Shown here piece after piece: positions 38,901-51,400 of a DNA stretch of 64,000 nt (within the stretch, counting starts at the first letter, position 1; every line of letters starts with the position of its first letter). The stretch comes from an uncultured Candidatus Saccharibacteria bacterium (lineage in GTDB: Bacteria > Patescibacteriota > Dojkabacteria > J137), in NCBI GenBank assembly GCA_964437465.1, contig CAYTGI010000005.1, forward strand, positions 5,203 to 69,202. The letters are read 5' to 3'. The notes beneath the pieces are model-generated. The model saw only the letters and a program-made list of their open reading frames with translations, was not told where the DNA came from and did no database searches. Both the position numbers and the translations under genes were made by a program.

Positions 38901-39394
38901 AAGAAAAGGTTGATCTTTATGATGGAAGAACTGGAGAGAAATTTGATCAAAAAGTAGTTGTTGGGCAAAAATATGTTCTAAAGCTAGACCACCTTGCAGA
39001 TCATAAGGTTCACGCAAGATCTACAGGTCCATACACTCTTGTCACACAACAACCTCTAAGAGGAAAAGCACAGATGGGAGGACAGAGACTTGGAGAAATG
39101 GAAGTTTGGGCATTACAAGCACACGCAGTACCTAATCTACTTCATGAGATTTTAACAATTAAGTCTGATGATGTTGTTGGAAGAGCTGCAGCTTATAAAG
39201 CAATTATTTCTGGACAACCAATTAAATCACCAAATGTTCCAGAATCATTCAATGTTCTTGATAAAGAGTTAGCAGGATTGAATATTAAGATGGATAAGAT
39301 TGACGCTGAATACGATTTTGAGAAAGCTGACATGGCTTTAGAGGAAATTGTTGATTCAGTTGGAAATGATACATCTAGTGAGAAAAGTGAGTAA
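35975..39394 (+). CDS. rpoB: DNA-directed RNA polymerase beta subunit
   Basis: 1139 aa with conserved rpoB blocks throughout. Confidence 0.95.
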   Translation: MTPKKRLVLTDNPVDLIDIDLLEAQKKFFREFIENGFEELFDEINPIEDYTGSSWSLSFEDVNWEDAKLGFREAHNLGLSHDAPVFVTVKLVNKRTGEMKKQKIFLCDMPLMSNRASFMVNGNERVVVFQIIRSEGILFSEAKASSPAKKIFSVKLMPNRGKWYEFEMNKYGVMSVKLLEKRPRILLTTLLRAMGYGTDEELKKILESSDVGEIKYLENTLRKDPTKSTEEALIEIYRKLRPEDSITLENARAFLDNMFFNKRRFYLGKIGRYKLNQKLGFTEDIKMEDHLLKKKDLVEIVKALMELNNGTRPMDDIDSLGNRRVRGINEIVSEKIRVGMLIMEKNIRDRMSTYSTDEKVTPAMLVNTKPVIAAINQFFGSSALMRYMDQENILSELEVKRKVTAGGPRGLTKERATFSVRDVHDSHYGRLCPVTTPEGPSVGMVNQLAVYSKINDFGFLEAPYYKVVKEFSVKEDKVSDFKGRYIREDIKDGSKVLAKKGDEISTKVVEAAKKADLDVIHLVPFISDKIEYMDSETEATFKIAPYNVERDENNNILSESTYIRYNKDYTTASPIDIDYIDISPSQISGLGLALIPFAGNDDPNRTFYGAKTQNQAVPLIKNQSPIVGTGFEKAAAKASGRTVIAEEDGIVLEADSAHVVVEYGSGKGKRKQEYDVEKFIRTNQNTCFTQTTLVLPGEKFKKGDILIDGPCTDQGELALGVNLRACYMVWDGYNYEDGIVISERLVKEDALTSIHIHEYTQEVRETKLGNELITKDIPGVGERALRNLDEEGVVRIGANVESNDILVGIIAPKGETELTAEEKLLRAIFGEYARDVRDNSLRMPYGEEGVVVGVQVLERAKGAKLNPGVLKQVKVWVARTHKISVGDKLTGYHGEKGLIAKIVPEEDMPYTADGRPVDLVLGPASMIRRMNLGQLIETHIGALADQLGIKVEAQPFSSYSLDPLLEEAKKAGLKYEEKVDLYDGRTGEKFDQKVVVGQKYVLKLDHLADHKVHARSTGPYTLVTQQPLRGKAQMGGQRLGEMEVWALQAHAVPNLLHEILTIKSDDVVGRAAAYKAIISGQPIKSPNVPESFNVLDKELAGLNIKMDKIDAEYDFEKADMALEEIVDSVGNDTSSEKSE

Positions 39395-39471
39395 TTTATT
39401 TTGGACTAAAGTCTAGTAACTGAAAACTAGTAACTAGAAACTAAATAACTATTAACTATTAAATTCGAGCA

Positions 39472-42400
39472 ATGTTAAAAGACTTTAATGCAGTAAAGAT
39501 CTCAGTTGCAAGTCCACAGGACGTAATGAACTGGTCCCATGGAGAGGTAACTAAAGCTGAGACAATAAACTATAGAACATTCAGAGCAGAACCTGGAGGT
39601 CTTATGGCTGAAGAGATCTTCGGACCAACAAAGGACTTCGAATGTTACTGTGGGAAATACAAAAAAATTAGATACAAAGGTATTGTTTGTGATAGATGTG
39701 GAGTTGAAGTAACTCACAAAAGAGTTAGAAGAGAGCGAATGGGGCATATTAAATTAGCAGCTCCAGTTACTCATGTTTGGTTCTCTAATGGAATTCCAAA
39801 TAGATTAGCTTTGATTTTAGATATTCCTCAGAAAAAACTTGAAACTGTAATTTACTACGCTCGATACGTTGTTACAGGAGTAAATGAAGAGGAACAGAAA
39901 GCTGCAATAGAAAGTCTTGATGAACTAAAGAAAAATGAAATCACTGAACTATCAGATGAGTTAGAGCAGAAAATTAAAGATATTGAAGAAGAGTTTAAAC
40001 AGTTAGCAGAAGATATTAAAAAGGAAAATAAAGAGGAAGGAAAACAAAAACTTCAGTTAGATAGAAATGAAAACTCAAGAAAGAAAGAAATTGCCCGAAT
40101 AAAGGCTGCATACAAACAAAAACAAGATAATACTGATAAAAAATTCGGAAACATTAAGTCTTTAATTGAAGATATTAAATTAGGATTTACTCTTTCAGAA
40201 GAAGAACACTCAATGTTAGAGGAATATGAATTCTTCTTTTACGATGCTGGAATGGGAGCTGAAGCAATTAAAGAACTTCTTGATGTTTTAAATATTGATG
40301 TTGAAGTTGCTGAGCTTGAAGAGACAATGAAGACAACTAAGTCTCAACTTAAGAAATCTAAGGTTATCCAAAGAATTAGAATTCTTAAGGGACTTAAAAA
40401 ATCAGGTGTAAATCCATCTTGGTTGATTCTAAATGTACTACCTGTAATTCCTCCTGATCTAAGACCAATAATTCAGTTACCTGGTGGTAGATTTGCAACT
40501 TACGATCTAAATGATTTATATAGAAGAGTTATTAACAGAAACAATAGGTTACAAAGACTTATTAATCTAGGCGCACCTGAGATCATTTTAAGAAACGAGA
40601 AAAGAATGCTACAAGAGTCTGTAGACTCTCTTCTTGACAATAACCATAAACCAGGCGCACCTGCACTAAATACAAGGCAGATGCCTTTCAAATCTCTGTC
40701 AGACATGTTGAGAGGAAAACAAGGTAGATTTAGACAGAATCTTCTTGGTAAACGAGTTGATTATTCAGGTAGAGCTGTAATTGTAGCTGGACCAGATCTT
40801 AAATTCGATGAGTGTGGACTTCCAAAGAATGTTGCACTTGAATTATTTAAACCCTTTGTAATTAGAGAGTTGATTGAAAGAGGTCATGCAGCTAATCCAA
40901 CTAGAGCAAAGATGATTTTTGAAGCTAAGGATCCTGAAGTTTGGGATATCTTAGAAGATGTAATTCAAGATAGGCCTGTACTTTTGAATAGAGCTCCATC
41001 TCTACACAGGTACTCTATTCTTGCATTCTATCCTAAATTGATTGAAGGTAATGCGATTAGACTACACCCGATGGTAGTGCAAGGATTCAACGCTGACTTC
41101 GACGGAGATCAAATGGCGGTACACCTTCCATTGTCAGACAAGGCAGTTGAAGAAGTTAAGGAGAGAATGTTCGCAAAAGACAATATGTTGGCATTAAGAG
41201 ATTCAACTCCAATTGTTAATGTGTCTAAAGACATGGCTATGGGAATTTATTTCCTTACTCAGATGAAAGGGGATGAGAAAGATGTAAAAAGAACATTTGC
41301 TAATGATGAGGAATTGCTAACTGCTTACAAGCTAGGCATAGTTAAATTCTATGATCCTGTTAAGTTACTAAGAAATGGAGAGATTTTAATAACTACAGCT
41401 GGAAGATTGATATTTAATAGAATACTTCCGGAAGACTATCCATATCAAAACAAAACATTTGGAAAAGGAGATATTGCTGATCTTTCAGCTGATCTTTTCC
41501 TTAAATACGGTCAAGATATCTCAATTGGGGTACTTGATAAAGTAAAGAACCTTGGATTTGATTATGCAACTGAGTTAGGTATCTCAATATCAATGGGCGA
41601 ATTCAGATTTAAAGATAAGAAATTTGTGGAGGATAAATTAGCTGAATATGAAAAGAAAGAACAAGCTCTGCTAGATGATTATTATGATGGAATGATTACA
41701 TCTAAAGAACTAAAAAGACTTAAACAAGATATCTGGTCAGAACATACTGACGAAATTCAAGACCAATTATGGGAAGATGCAAGAGCTGATGAAAATGCAA
41801 GTAATCTAATAGGAATTAATGATTCTGGAGCTGTTCCTGTAGGATGGGCTATGAAACAAATAGCTGGAGTACGAGGATCAGTTTCAAACATGGACGGAGA
41901 GATAGTATCTCTTCCTCTTAAAGGAAACTTTGAAAGAGGTTTAAATAATTTTGAATACTTTGTCGCATCTAAGGCTGTTAGAAAGTCTATGTCTGATGTT
42001 GCTTTGAAGACAGCTGAATCAGGTTATCTAACTAGAAGGCTTGTCGATGTTTCTCAAGATATCATTACAAGAATTGATGATTGCGGTACTGATGATGGAA
42101 TCTGGGTTTCAAGAGTTGATTCAGCTAAACAAATGAGTTTTGAATCAAGAGTGAAAGGAAGATATGCAGCAGAAGATATCAAAGATAGTAAAGGAAATGT
42201 AATTGTTGAGAAAAATGAAGTAATTACAGTTGAAAAAGCTAAACAGATATCCAATGAGGAAAAAATAGAAAAGGTATTCTTAAGAAGTCCGTTAAAGTGT
42301 AGAGTACCTCACGGATTATGCGTTAAATGTTATGGGTATGATAACGGTACTGGAAAACCAGTTGCAATTGGTGAGGCTGTAGGAATAATTGCTGCCCAAG

Positions 42401-43431
42401 CACTTGGGGAGCCTACAACTCAGCTAACACTAAAAAGTAAGTCAGACGCTAGATCAAGAAAATCCGATGTTACTCAAGGTCTTCCTAGAGTTGAAGAACT
42501 TCTTGAAGCTAGAACTCCAAAAGCATTGGCAGAATTAGCTGACATTGATGGTAAGATCTCAATTATTGAAGACAAGAAAAAAATTATTATTAGAATTACT
42601 GCTAAAAAAGAAGAAGTTAAAGAGATTGAGCTTGAGGAAAAGGATGAAGTTATTGTTAAAGATAAAGCTTCGGTAAAAACTGGAGAGACTCTTGTTGTAA
42701 AAGGAGATAAAAGCGAGGTAAGAGCACCTTTTACTGGTAAAGTAAAAGTTACAAAAGGTAAGGTTACACTTCACGTTAAAAAAGATATTGAAATCGAAAA
42801 GAAAGTTGATTCAATGGCTAATGTATTAGTCCATGATGGTCAAGAAGTTAAGAAAGGTGAACAGTTAACTTTTGGATCTATCGATCCTAAAGAGCTAGCA
42901 TCTTTAAAAGATGTAGAGATTGCACAGAGGTACATAATTGATGGTGTTCAGAGCGTTTATGGAATTCAGGGTATGGAAGTTGATGATAGACACCTTGAAA
43001 TAGTTGCAAGACAGATGACAAGATACGTCTTAATTAATGATAGTGGAGACAGTGAGGCTCATTTACCTGGTGATTATGCTGACGTACTAGAAGTTGAGGC
43101 AGAGAATCTGAAACTTCAAGAGGATGGTAAAGCTCAAATAAAGTATGAAAGAGTACTAATGGGTATTACTAATTCATCCATTCGAACAGAGAGCTTCTTG
43201 TCTGCAGCTTCATTCGAACAGCAGGTTAGAGTTCTAACAGACGCTGCTTTAATCGGGAAGGTAGACCACTTGAGAGGATTGAAGGAAAATGTTATAATAG
43301 GTAGACCTGTTCCACTGGGGAAAGTCTTACTAGAGCAAGATTCGAGTGAAGTCCAAAAAGCTGAGGAACAAACAGCAATTATGGATGCACATGAGAGAAA
43401 ATCACAAAATGATTTAAATAAAGCAATATAA
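39472..43431 (+). CDS. rpoC: DNA-directed RNA polymerase beta' subunit
   Basis: Zn-finger [32 protein letters not shown], and a lineage-specific coiled-coil insertion. Confidence 0.95.
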   Translation: MLKDFNAVKISVASPQDVMNWSHGEVTKAETINYRTFRAEPGGLMAEEIFGPTKDFECYCGKYKKIRYKGIVCDRCGVEVTHKRVRRERMGHIKLAAPVTHVWFSNGIPNRLALILDIPQKKLETVIYYARYVVTGVNEEEQKAAIESLDELKKNEITELSDELEQKIKDIEEEFKQLAEDIKKENKEEGKQKLQLDRNENSRKKEIARIKAAYKQKQDNTDKKFGNIKSLIEDIKLGFTLSEEEHSMLEEYEFFFYDAGMGAEAIKELLDVLNIDVEVAELEETMKTTKSQLKKSKVIQRIRILKGLKKSGVNPSWLILNVLPVIPPDLRPIIQLPGGRFATYDLNDLYRRVINRNNRLQRLINLGAPEIILRNEKRMLQESVDSLLDNNHKPGAPALNTRQMPFKSLSDMLRGKQGRFRQNLLGKRVDYSGRAVIVAGPDLKFDECGLPKNVALELFKPFVIRELIERGHAANPTRAKMIFEAKDPEVWDILEDVIQDRPVLLNRAPSLHRYSILAFYPKLIEGNAIRLHPMVVQGFNADFDGDQMAVHLPLSDKAVEEVKERMFAKDNMLALRDSTPIVNVSKDMAMGIYFLTQMKGDEKDVKRTFANDEELLTAYKLGIVKFYDPVKLLRNGEILITTAGRLIFNRILPEDYPYQNKTFGKGDIADLSADLFLKYGQDISIGVLDKVKNLGFDYATELGISISMGEFRFKDKKFVEDKLAEYEKKEQALLDDYYDGMITSKELKRLKQDIWSEHTDEIQDQLWEDARADENASNLIGINDSGAVPVGWAMKQIAGVRGSVSNMDGEIVSLPLKGNFERGLNNFEYFVASKAVRKSMSDVALKTAESGYLTRRLVDVSQDIITRIDDCGTDDGIWVSRVDSAKQMSFESRVKGRYAAEDIKDSKGNVIVEKNEVITVEKAKQISNEEKIEKVFLRSPLKCRVPHGLCVKCYGYDNGTGKPVAIGEAVGIIAAQALGEPTTQLTLKSKSDARSRKSDVTQGLPRVEELLEARTPKALAELADIDGKISIIEDKKKIIIRITAKKEEVKEIELEEKDEVIVKDKASVKTGETLVVKGDKSEVRAPFTGKVKVTKGKVTLHVKKDIEIEKKVDSMANVLVHDGQEVKKGEQLTFGSIDPKELASLKDVEIAQRYIIDGVQSVYGIQGMEVDDRHLEIVARQMTRYVLINDSGDSEAHLPGDYADVLEVEAENLKLQEDGKAQIKYERVLMGITNSSIRTESFLSAASFEQQVRVLTDAALIGKVDHLRGLKENVIIGRPVPLGKVLLEQDSSEVQKAEEQTAIMDAHERKSQNDLNKAI

Positions 43432-43439
43432 AGAAAAAT

Positions 43440-43886
43440 ATGGCAAGAATATCGCAACTAACAAGAAAACCTAGAAAACAAAAGAATGCTTTGGTTAGAT
43501 ACAAAGGTCTAATGCTTTCTAAGAATACGAAATACAAGGCACTACAGTTCAACTATAATGGTGTTCAGAATAAATTCTATAAGAAATCTAACCCATTTAA
43601 GAGAGGTGTGTGTATTGCAGTTAAAACTATGACTCCTAAGAAACCTAACTCTGCTCTTCGAAAAATAGCTAGAGTAAGACTTTCTAATAAGCAAGTTGTA
43701 ACTGCATACATTCCCGGTGAAGGACATAACCTTCAAGAACACAGTGTTGTATTAGTAAAAGCAGGAAGACGACCCGATCTTCCTGGAGTAAAGTACAAAG
43801 TAGTAAGAGGTGTATATGACGCAGCTCCTGTAGAAGCAAGAAGACAAGCAAGAAGTAAGTTTGGAAATAAGAAGCCAAAGGCCTAA
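43440..43886 (+). CDS. rpsL: 30S ribosomal protein S12 (with a ~24-aa N-terminal insertion)
   Basis: [23 protein letters not shown] and [10 protein letters not shown]. There is extra sequence between RKPR and KRGVC. Confidence 0.9.
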   Translation: MARISQLTRKPRKQKNALVRYKGLMLSKNTKYKALQFNYNGVQNKFYKKSNPFKRGVCIAVKTMTPKKPNSALRKIARVRLSNKQVVTAYIPGEGHNLQEHSVVLVKAGRRPDLPGVKYKVVRGVYDAAPVEARRQARSKFGNKKPKA

Positions 43887-43972
43887 ATATCCCCCCCTGA
43901 AGTAGAAACACTTCAGGGGAAAAATTGACAATTAAATTACTGGAGAATAAGAGTATTCAGTAAGGAAGTATA

Positions 43973-44000
43973 AAACTTACCTTACGGTAAGTTTTTTTTA
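43973..44000 (+). terminator. Rho-independent terminator after rpsL
   Basis: aaaacttacc-ttac-ggtaagtttt followed by a T-run; preceded by a GC hairpin at 43893-43919. Confidence 0.6.
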
Positions 44001-44016
44001 TTTATAAAAAACAATT

Positions 44017-44628
44017 ATGAATGAGCATCAAGAAAACACAAGAAGATACTACGATGAAAATGCTGTTAGATGGTCAGATAGGAAGAATCATATGCCAGAT
44101 ACAAGCTTCTATAGGGAAGAGTTAGATCGATTTGATGAATTAGCAGAAGGATCAGTTCTTGAGGTTGGTGTAGGTAATGGAAAAGAATCGGCTATTCTAT
44201 CTCAGAATCATGAATATACTGGTGCTGATATATCTGAAGGAATGATTCGAACAGCAAGAGAATATCAGCCACACTTAGAATTTGTACAAGCGAGTGTTAC
44301 TGACTTGAAGTTTGAGGATGATTCTTTTGACAACTTTTTTACTGCTGCTACTCTACTACACATTCCTAGAGTAGAAATGCCCAAAGCACTATCTGAAATA
44401 CGGAGGGTTGTGAAAAATAACGGTATTGGATTTATTAGTTTAAAAGAAGGTGAAGGGGAAGAGGTGCGAGAAAATGAAAATGGAAGGTATTTTTCATTTT
44501 TTAATTCAGATGAATTTAGAGGCATTCTTGAAGATAATGGATTTGAGGTTATAGAATCTGGAGTTAAACCTGATAATAGAGAAGGTAAACCTAATTGGTT
44601 AACTTTTTTTGTAAGAGTAACTAAATAA
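44017..44628 (+). CDS. Class I SAM-dependent methyltransferase (Methyltransf_11-like) inserted between rpsL and rpsG
   Basis: VLEVGVGNGKESAIL motif I, DLKFEDDSFD. Confidence 0.65.
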   Translation: MNEHQENTRRYYDENAVRWSDRKNHMPDTSFYREELDRFDELAEGSVLEVGVGNGKESAILSQNHEYTGADISEGMIRTAREYQPHLEFVQASVTDLKFEDDSFDNFFTAATLLHIPRVEMPKALSEIRRVVKNNGIGFISLKEGEGEEVRENENGRYFSFFNSDEFRGILEDNGFEVIESGVKPDNREGKPNWLTFFVRVTK

Positions 44629-44678
44629 TTTATATTTTATAAAGCTAAAGGCTAACAACTAATAGCTTAAAGCTCAGA

Positions 44679-45146
44679 ATGAGAGGAAAACAAGCTCCAA
44701 AAAGAGAAATAAAACCGGATGAAATCTACGGTTCAAAAATGGTTTCAAAACTAATTAACTATATTATGAAAGATGGTAAGAAAGCTATTGCAAGAAAGAA
44801 TGTTTATTCTGCAATGGAACTTCTTGAAAAAGAAACAAAAACTAAAGCTTTGGAAGCTTTAGAGAAAGCAGTTAATACTGTTAAACCAAAAATTGAGGTG
44901 AGATCGAGAAGGGTCGGTGGGTCAAACTACCAAGTGCCTGTTCCTGTTCCAGAAGATAGGCAAACTGCTCTAGCATTTAGATGGATTATTGAAGCTGCTA
45001 GAAATAACAGAGGAGGTGCAGAATTCTACAAAGCACTTGCTAGAGAACTAAAGGATGCTTTTAACGGAGAAGGTAACGCTGTAAGAAAGAGAGACGAAGT
45101 TAAGAAAATGGCAGAGGCAAACAAGGCTTTTGCACAGTTTGCATAA
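44679..45146 (+). CDS. rpsG: 30S ribosomal protein S7
   Basis: 155-aa basic protein; RRVGGSNYQVPVPV. Confidence 0.9.
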   Translation: MRGKQAPKREIKPDEIYGSKMVSKLINYIMKDGKKAIARKNVYSAMELLEKETKTKALEALEKAVNTVKPKIEVRSRRVGGSNYQVPVPVPEDRQTALAFRWIIEAARNNRGGAEFYKALARELKDAFNGEGNAVRKRDEVKKMAEANKAFAQFA

Positions 45147-45167
45147 AAAGACAGTTATCAACATTAA

Positions 45168-45197
45168 AAAGGGGAGTTGTATACTCCTCTTTTTTTA
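45168..45197 (+). terminator. Rho-independent terminator after rpsG
   Basis: ggggagt-tgtat-actcctc followed by T7. Confidence 0.6.
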
Positions 45198-45294
45198 TTG
45201 ATCATATTAGCTGGAAACTCTATACTAAATTAGGTACTAAAATATTTATGCGTACCAAGAATATAGAAATAAAGCACCCTATTTGGGGTGCTAA

Positions 45295-48200
45295 TTTAAG
45301 ACGTACACTTTTAACGTTTATTTCGCATGCTTAGTTTTTTTACTATCAGCATCTAGTATTGAGGCTGCAAGCAATACAATAGATTTTCAAGGAAAGATAG
45401 TGAATAAAGGTGATGGAACGAATTTAGTGTCTGGAAGTCCTGCATGTGTAGTAGTTGGGGCAGATACTTGTGATTTTAGAGTAAGAGTTTACGATGCTTC
45501 TAGTGGTGGAAACTTACTTTTTGAAGAAGAACATACAAATTTAGAGATTGGAGATTACAATGGGATTTTTAATTTAAGTATTAATAGTATCTGTGCTTCT
45601 ACTCTGAGTGGTGGAGTTGATTGGGGAACAGGAGGATGTATTAGTAACGGTTGTGTAGATTTTAGTAGTACTAATGTGTATTTTGAGATAAGTTTTCACC
45701 TGCAGGAGATTCTACATACACAGAAACATTTACAAGAAAACAAATTAGCCAGACACCAAGCGCATATTATGCTGAAAGAGCGGGGAGTGTTGGTGATTTA
45801 AATGGATTTAATGAAACTGATTTTGTTCAGTTTGGTCAGGGTAGTACTCAAACAAGTACAAATACTAATGGTTTAATTAATATAACAACTACAGGTAATG
45901 TTGTTAGTCCTTTAATATTTCTTAATGAAAACTGGGCAGGTACTCCCCTACTTTTAGATTTACAGGAAGGGGGATCGACTCAATTCAGTATAGGAAATAA
46001 TGGAGTAATAACTTCTGATTCTTTAGCTGGAGGAGGGGTTCAATGTTTACAGTCAGATAACAGTGGGATAATCTCAGCTACGGGTTCAGCATGTGCGGGA
46101 AGTTCTCCCTGGACAATAGATATGAGTGACATTTACTATAACGGAGGAAATGTTGCTATTGGAACTGGAGCCCCAGGAGCCACTTTATTCCACGTTCAAG
46201 AAAATACTACAGGTTTACCAACATTTGGAAGCGACACTTCCTCTGCCTTTTCAAGTATTAATGACACGTATTTAGCTATAATTTCGGGAGCGGCGAATAT
46301 ATCTGGAATTAATTTTGGAGACAATAGTGATGAAAATCCTGGAATAATAGCGTATAACAATGCTTCAGATTCATTTGTGTTTACAACTGGAACATCAACA
46401 GCATTGACAATAGCTTCTGGGGGAGGACTTACTGCTAATAGTTTGGCTGGAGGTGGAACACAATGCTTGCAAGTAGATAATGCTGGATTAATTGCTGGAA
46501 GCGGTTCAGGATGTGCAACAAGTCTATGGACAGATGGAGGAACAACTACCTACTTAACTTCAACAACAGATGATGTTGCATTTGGAGGAACTGGAGGCTC
46601 TTCTCCATTCTTCTTTGATGTAAGTGATCCGTCGATAAATATTAATAGCACACAGGTTTTATACCTTCCAGATCAAACTACATTTGCGGGATCTTTGATT
46701 ATTGGTAATGGTGGGACTAGTTTGAGTACCTCCACTAATTCTACAGGTGTTGGTATTGGAGCTTTAACTAGCCTTTCATCTGGATCAAGTAACACAGCTG
46801 TTGGAACAAATTCATTGACATTAAACTCTACTGGAGCAACTAATGTTGCTATAGGAGCATCAGCTCTGTCTGGAATTGCTGATGGTTTTGCAAATGTTGC
46901 AGTAGGTACATTTTCAATGGAATTAAAGTCATCAGGAAATCACAATATAGCAATTGGAGGGCAATCGATGTATAGGAGTTTTTCAGGTGCAAATAATATA
47001 GCAGTTGGATCCTCCGCACTATATAATAATAGTTCAGATTCAAATGTGGGTATTGGATATAATGCAGGCTATAGAGTTAATGGAGATGATAATATTATTA
47101 TTGGAGATAATGCAGGAGCAGGTATTGGGTCATCGACAACTACGTACTCAATAAGTAATAACGTCTTGGTTGGGACAAGGGCAGGTCAGATAATGGGTAC
47201 TAATGCTAACAATAATATTTTAATTGGACATCAAGCAGGTAATAATTTATCTATTGGAGCTAACAATATTGTAATTGGGTATGACATCGATGCACCAAGC
47301 TCTTCAGGCTCAAATAGAATGAGTATTGGGAATATAATCTATGCAACAGGAGTTGATGGCACAGGGACAACAGTAAGTACAGGAAATCTTGGAATTGGGA
47401 TTGCAAATCCAGATAGTAATACTGAACTTCATATATACGATCCAGGAAACACAATACTGGGTATACAATCTGGGGCTCAGTCTATATGGGGTATAGAATC
47501 CTTATCAGCTTCTAATGCCATGAGGATTGGTAATTTAAATGGGGCTGTCCTAAACAATCATGTATATATAACTTCAGGAGGTAATGTTGGGATTGGGGAT
47601 GTTCCTTTAGATAAGCTACATGTATTTGGAGATGCTAGGGTTGGAACAGGAACAACTGGTTGTATTAAAGATGCAGATGGCACTACTATAGCAGGTACAT
47701 GTAGCTCTGATTTGAGATTAAAGGAAGAAATTAGAGGATTTGATTCAATATTAGAAAGATATGTACAATTAGAACCTGTATTTTATAAATGGCGATCTGA
47801 AGAATTCCCTGAATTACATCTTGGAACTAGTGAAATTAGTGGGTTAATTGCACAGAATGTTGAACAATTATTTCCAGAACTAGTTGCATATGATGAAGAT
47901 GGATTCAGACAAATTAATTTTTCAGCGATAGACTTTTATACAATTCAAGCAATAAAAGAACAGCAAGAACAAATTGATAGCTTACAGGCTCAACTGGCAA
48001 GTATTAGTAGTAATCCACCTGGATCACAACCATTAGAACATGCAATTTTAAACAATCTAACAATTAGAGAAAACTTGAACATAGAAGGAAAATTGAATCT
48101 TGCTGATGACTCAGCTGATGTAATAGAAATTCCTGCAGGAGATGTTGAGTTTTCTTATACATTTAACACCGCTTACTCCTCTACTCCTATTGTATCTATA

Positions 48201-48341
48201 ACTCCAATTTCTGAAGAGGTGCTTAGTGAAGGTATCGTTTATATTGTAACTAATTCTGATCAAAACGGTTTTACTATAAAATTAAATCAACCAGCATCAG
48301 TTAATATCTCTTTCAACTGGACTGCTTTTGGGGACCTTTAA
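45295..48341 (+). CDS. Giant tail-fibre-like surface protein, paralog A (frameshifted at the T4 run 45694-45697; no canonical start)
   Basis: The N-terminal domain is paralogous to 48421-53124 (GKIVNKGDGTN...CDFRVRVYDASSGGN). Reading T5 at 45694-45697 joins it to ORF 46122-48341. Contains Gly-rich N-x-A-I/V-G repeats and a C-terminal S74-like intramolecular chaperone motif, SDLRLKEEI...GLIAQNVE. Confidence 0.5.
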
Positions 48342-48420
48342 ACTATCCACATAAACTTTTCATTTCAAAATATTGAAGTTAGAAAAATTAATACCTATAC
48401 TAATATAGGCACATTTTTAT

Positions 48421-51400
48421 ATGTGTAGAGTAATGAATCAGATTAGTAACATAAAGCGTAAAAACAACGCTCTTTATTCAGGGTCTAAAAAAAGGCCTGT
48501 TTTAGCTCGTCAACACAAGTTTGCTATTCCATTAGCAATTTTATCTGGACTGCTATTTTTATTATTTATTCTTATAAACACAGGAGGGTTATATTCTTTC
48601 TTAAATATTTTCGCTGCTACAAGAACTATAAATTTTTCAGGAAAGATTGTTAATAAGGATGATGGAACTAATGTTGTTCTTGGTGATCCTGCTTGTGTTT
48701 TAGCAGGAGCAGATACATGTGATTTTAGAGTTAGAATTTTTGATGCAATAAGTGGAGGAAATCAGCTTTTCCAAGAAGATCATAATGATATTGAGATTGG
48801 TGATTTTACAGGAATATTTACTCTTGATATTAACTCAATTTGTAATTCTCAGGTAGTTGGAACAGTAGACTGGGCTACAACAGCTTGTGTAAGTAACGGA
48901 GGAGTTGATTTTAGTAGTTCAAGTATTTATATAGAGATCTCATTTTCTCCAGCTGGAGATGGAACTTATACTGAGGTTTTTGGAAGACGGGCTTTTAGTA
49001 ATACAGCGAGTGCATTTTTTGCCGAAAGAGCTGGAAGTTTGAATGGATTGACTAGTGATGATTTTGTTCAGCTAGCACAGGGAACCACTCAAGTTAACAG
49101 TGATGATTTTAGCTTAATAGATATTGAGACAACAGGAAATTTAACTGATCCTCTAATTGTTGTTAATGAGAATGGAGCGGGAACTCCTGACCTTTTTGAT
49201 TTTCAAGTGGGGGGGGACTCGATATTTACTTTAGATAACGATGGATTATTATCACTGTCAAATGATCAAGGGGTAACGAATTTAAGTATTGAAGAGTCAA
49301 ATGCAACTAACGATAACCGTACTTTATTAAGTTTAATAAACAATGGAGGAGCTATAATTTCTTTGGAAGATACTGATTCTTCAACGCAAGCTTGGAATAT
49401 CATAGGTAGTGATGAATTTACTATAAAGAACGATGCGACACCCGCAAATGACTTATTAAAAATCGATGATTTAGGCAACGCCTACATGTTTAATGGACTT
49501 ACTATTAATGATGGTTTTGATTCTTCTACAATCTCAGCTATTTTAAACTTTGGAGGCGCAAATACTGAAACAATTGAGTGGTCAGCTCCTAACAGTAGAT
49601 TTGAAATCTCCGACGATTTAGATGTGTTTAATAGCTTAACTGTAGGTGATAGTGTTGGAATTGGTACTCAAAGTCCTTCAGAAGCTTTAGATGTTGTGGG
49701 ATCTGTTCAGCTAAGTGGTGATATAAAAACTACTAACCCTTCTCAGTTATTACCAGCAAATTCTTTAGACTATGTGAAAAACATTCCTAATTCAAGAGGA
49801 GGAGTTTCAGGAGATCCAATAAGTCAGTTTGACTTTGAATTAACAGATAATGAGTACTTTTTAGTAGGAGCATTTAGTGGATCTGTTGATTTTGATACTG
49901 ATAATAGTATTCCTGGTGACACCTTAACAAGTCAAGGCACAGATGGTTTTATTGCAAAATACAATCTCAACGGAACTCTTCAATGGATAAAACAGATTGA
50001 GGGTTCATCCATTGAATCTGTCACAGAGGTAGAAACTGATTCAGCTGGAAATATATATGTCTTAGGTAATTTCTCTTCAAGTAATGTTGATATTGATCCA
50101 GATAACTCAGTTTCTGGAGATACCTTAAGTGAATCTGGAGGAAGAACATTTTTAGCAAAATATAATAGCTCAGGAGTTCTACAATGGGTTAAGCAGATGG
50201 GTCAAAGTGGATTTCTATACATAGTTGGGAATGACATGTACGTTAACGATTCAGGAGATATTCATTTCACTGGATATTTCTATGGAGGAATCTCAATAGA
50301 CTTCGATCCTGATAATGTAGTTGTTAACGATACTCATTCAACTACTAGTTTCACTGAAGGCGATGCTTTTTTAGCAAAATATAACACAAACGGTCTAATT
50401 CAATGGGTACATGCAATAGGGACAACAAATGACACCCTTCGAGACAGCGGTAAAAAAGTTTTTGCTGATTCCGGAGGAGATGTGATTCTTGTAGGTGATG
50501 CAAGTCAAGGATTATTTGATTTTGATGAATATAACGTAGGATCTGATGATACCTTTGACTTTTCGACCGGTGAAGGAATATTTATTGTTAAATATAATTC
50601 TTCTGGAGTTGCTCAATGGTCAAAAGGATTAATTGATAATGGTGGACAATTAAACTCTGGAGTAGTAATTGCTGATTCCTCAAATAATATCTACTACACA
50701 GGAGGCCTACAAGGCACATCAAATGACTTTGATGATGATAATGTTGTAGCTGGAGACACTTTAAACCAGATAAATGGGGTTGATTCATTTTTGGTGAAAT
50801 ATGACTCAAGTGGATTACTTCAATGGGCAAAAGCTTTGGATATCAGTAGAACCAATGCTTTAGACATAACACCTTCTGGAGAAGTTTTAGTTGGAGGTAC
50901 ATTTAATACGACTCCAGATTTTGATCCTGATAATGTTGTTAGCGGTGATACAGTTGCTGCAGTTGGTGTTAAAGATATATTTTTTGCTAAATACGATTCA
51001 ACAGGCCTTTTAACAGAGTTGAAAACTATAGGTACTTCAGGGCAAAATGCAAATTTATCTCATATTGCTATTGACTCAAGTTCAAATATATATACCCAAG
51101 CTTCTTACCTTGGTACTATCGATATGGACTCTGATATAGTTATTTCTGGAGATACTATTTCATCATCTACCACGAATGGATATTATATTGCTAGATATTC
51201 ATCATCTACTCAATCAATAGCAGGATCAAACATAGGATCGTCTTCTAGCCCTTTTGGAAATACATATACAAATGCTTTAAACATTTCCGCTATTACTGGA
51301 TCAACTCAATGTTTGGAGATAGACACAAATGGAAATGTATCTGGATCTGGAATTACTTGCGGAGGTCTTTGGACTGCAAACGGAAGCGATATTTACTACG

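Noticed and set aside
36214-43457. Multiple 60-107-aa ORFs antisense within rpoB/rpoC (e.g. 36214-36495, 37754-38044, 42559-42774, 43134-43457)
   Set aside because: They sit inside strongly conserved RNA polymerase genes, are low-complexity translations, and are spurious.
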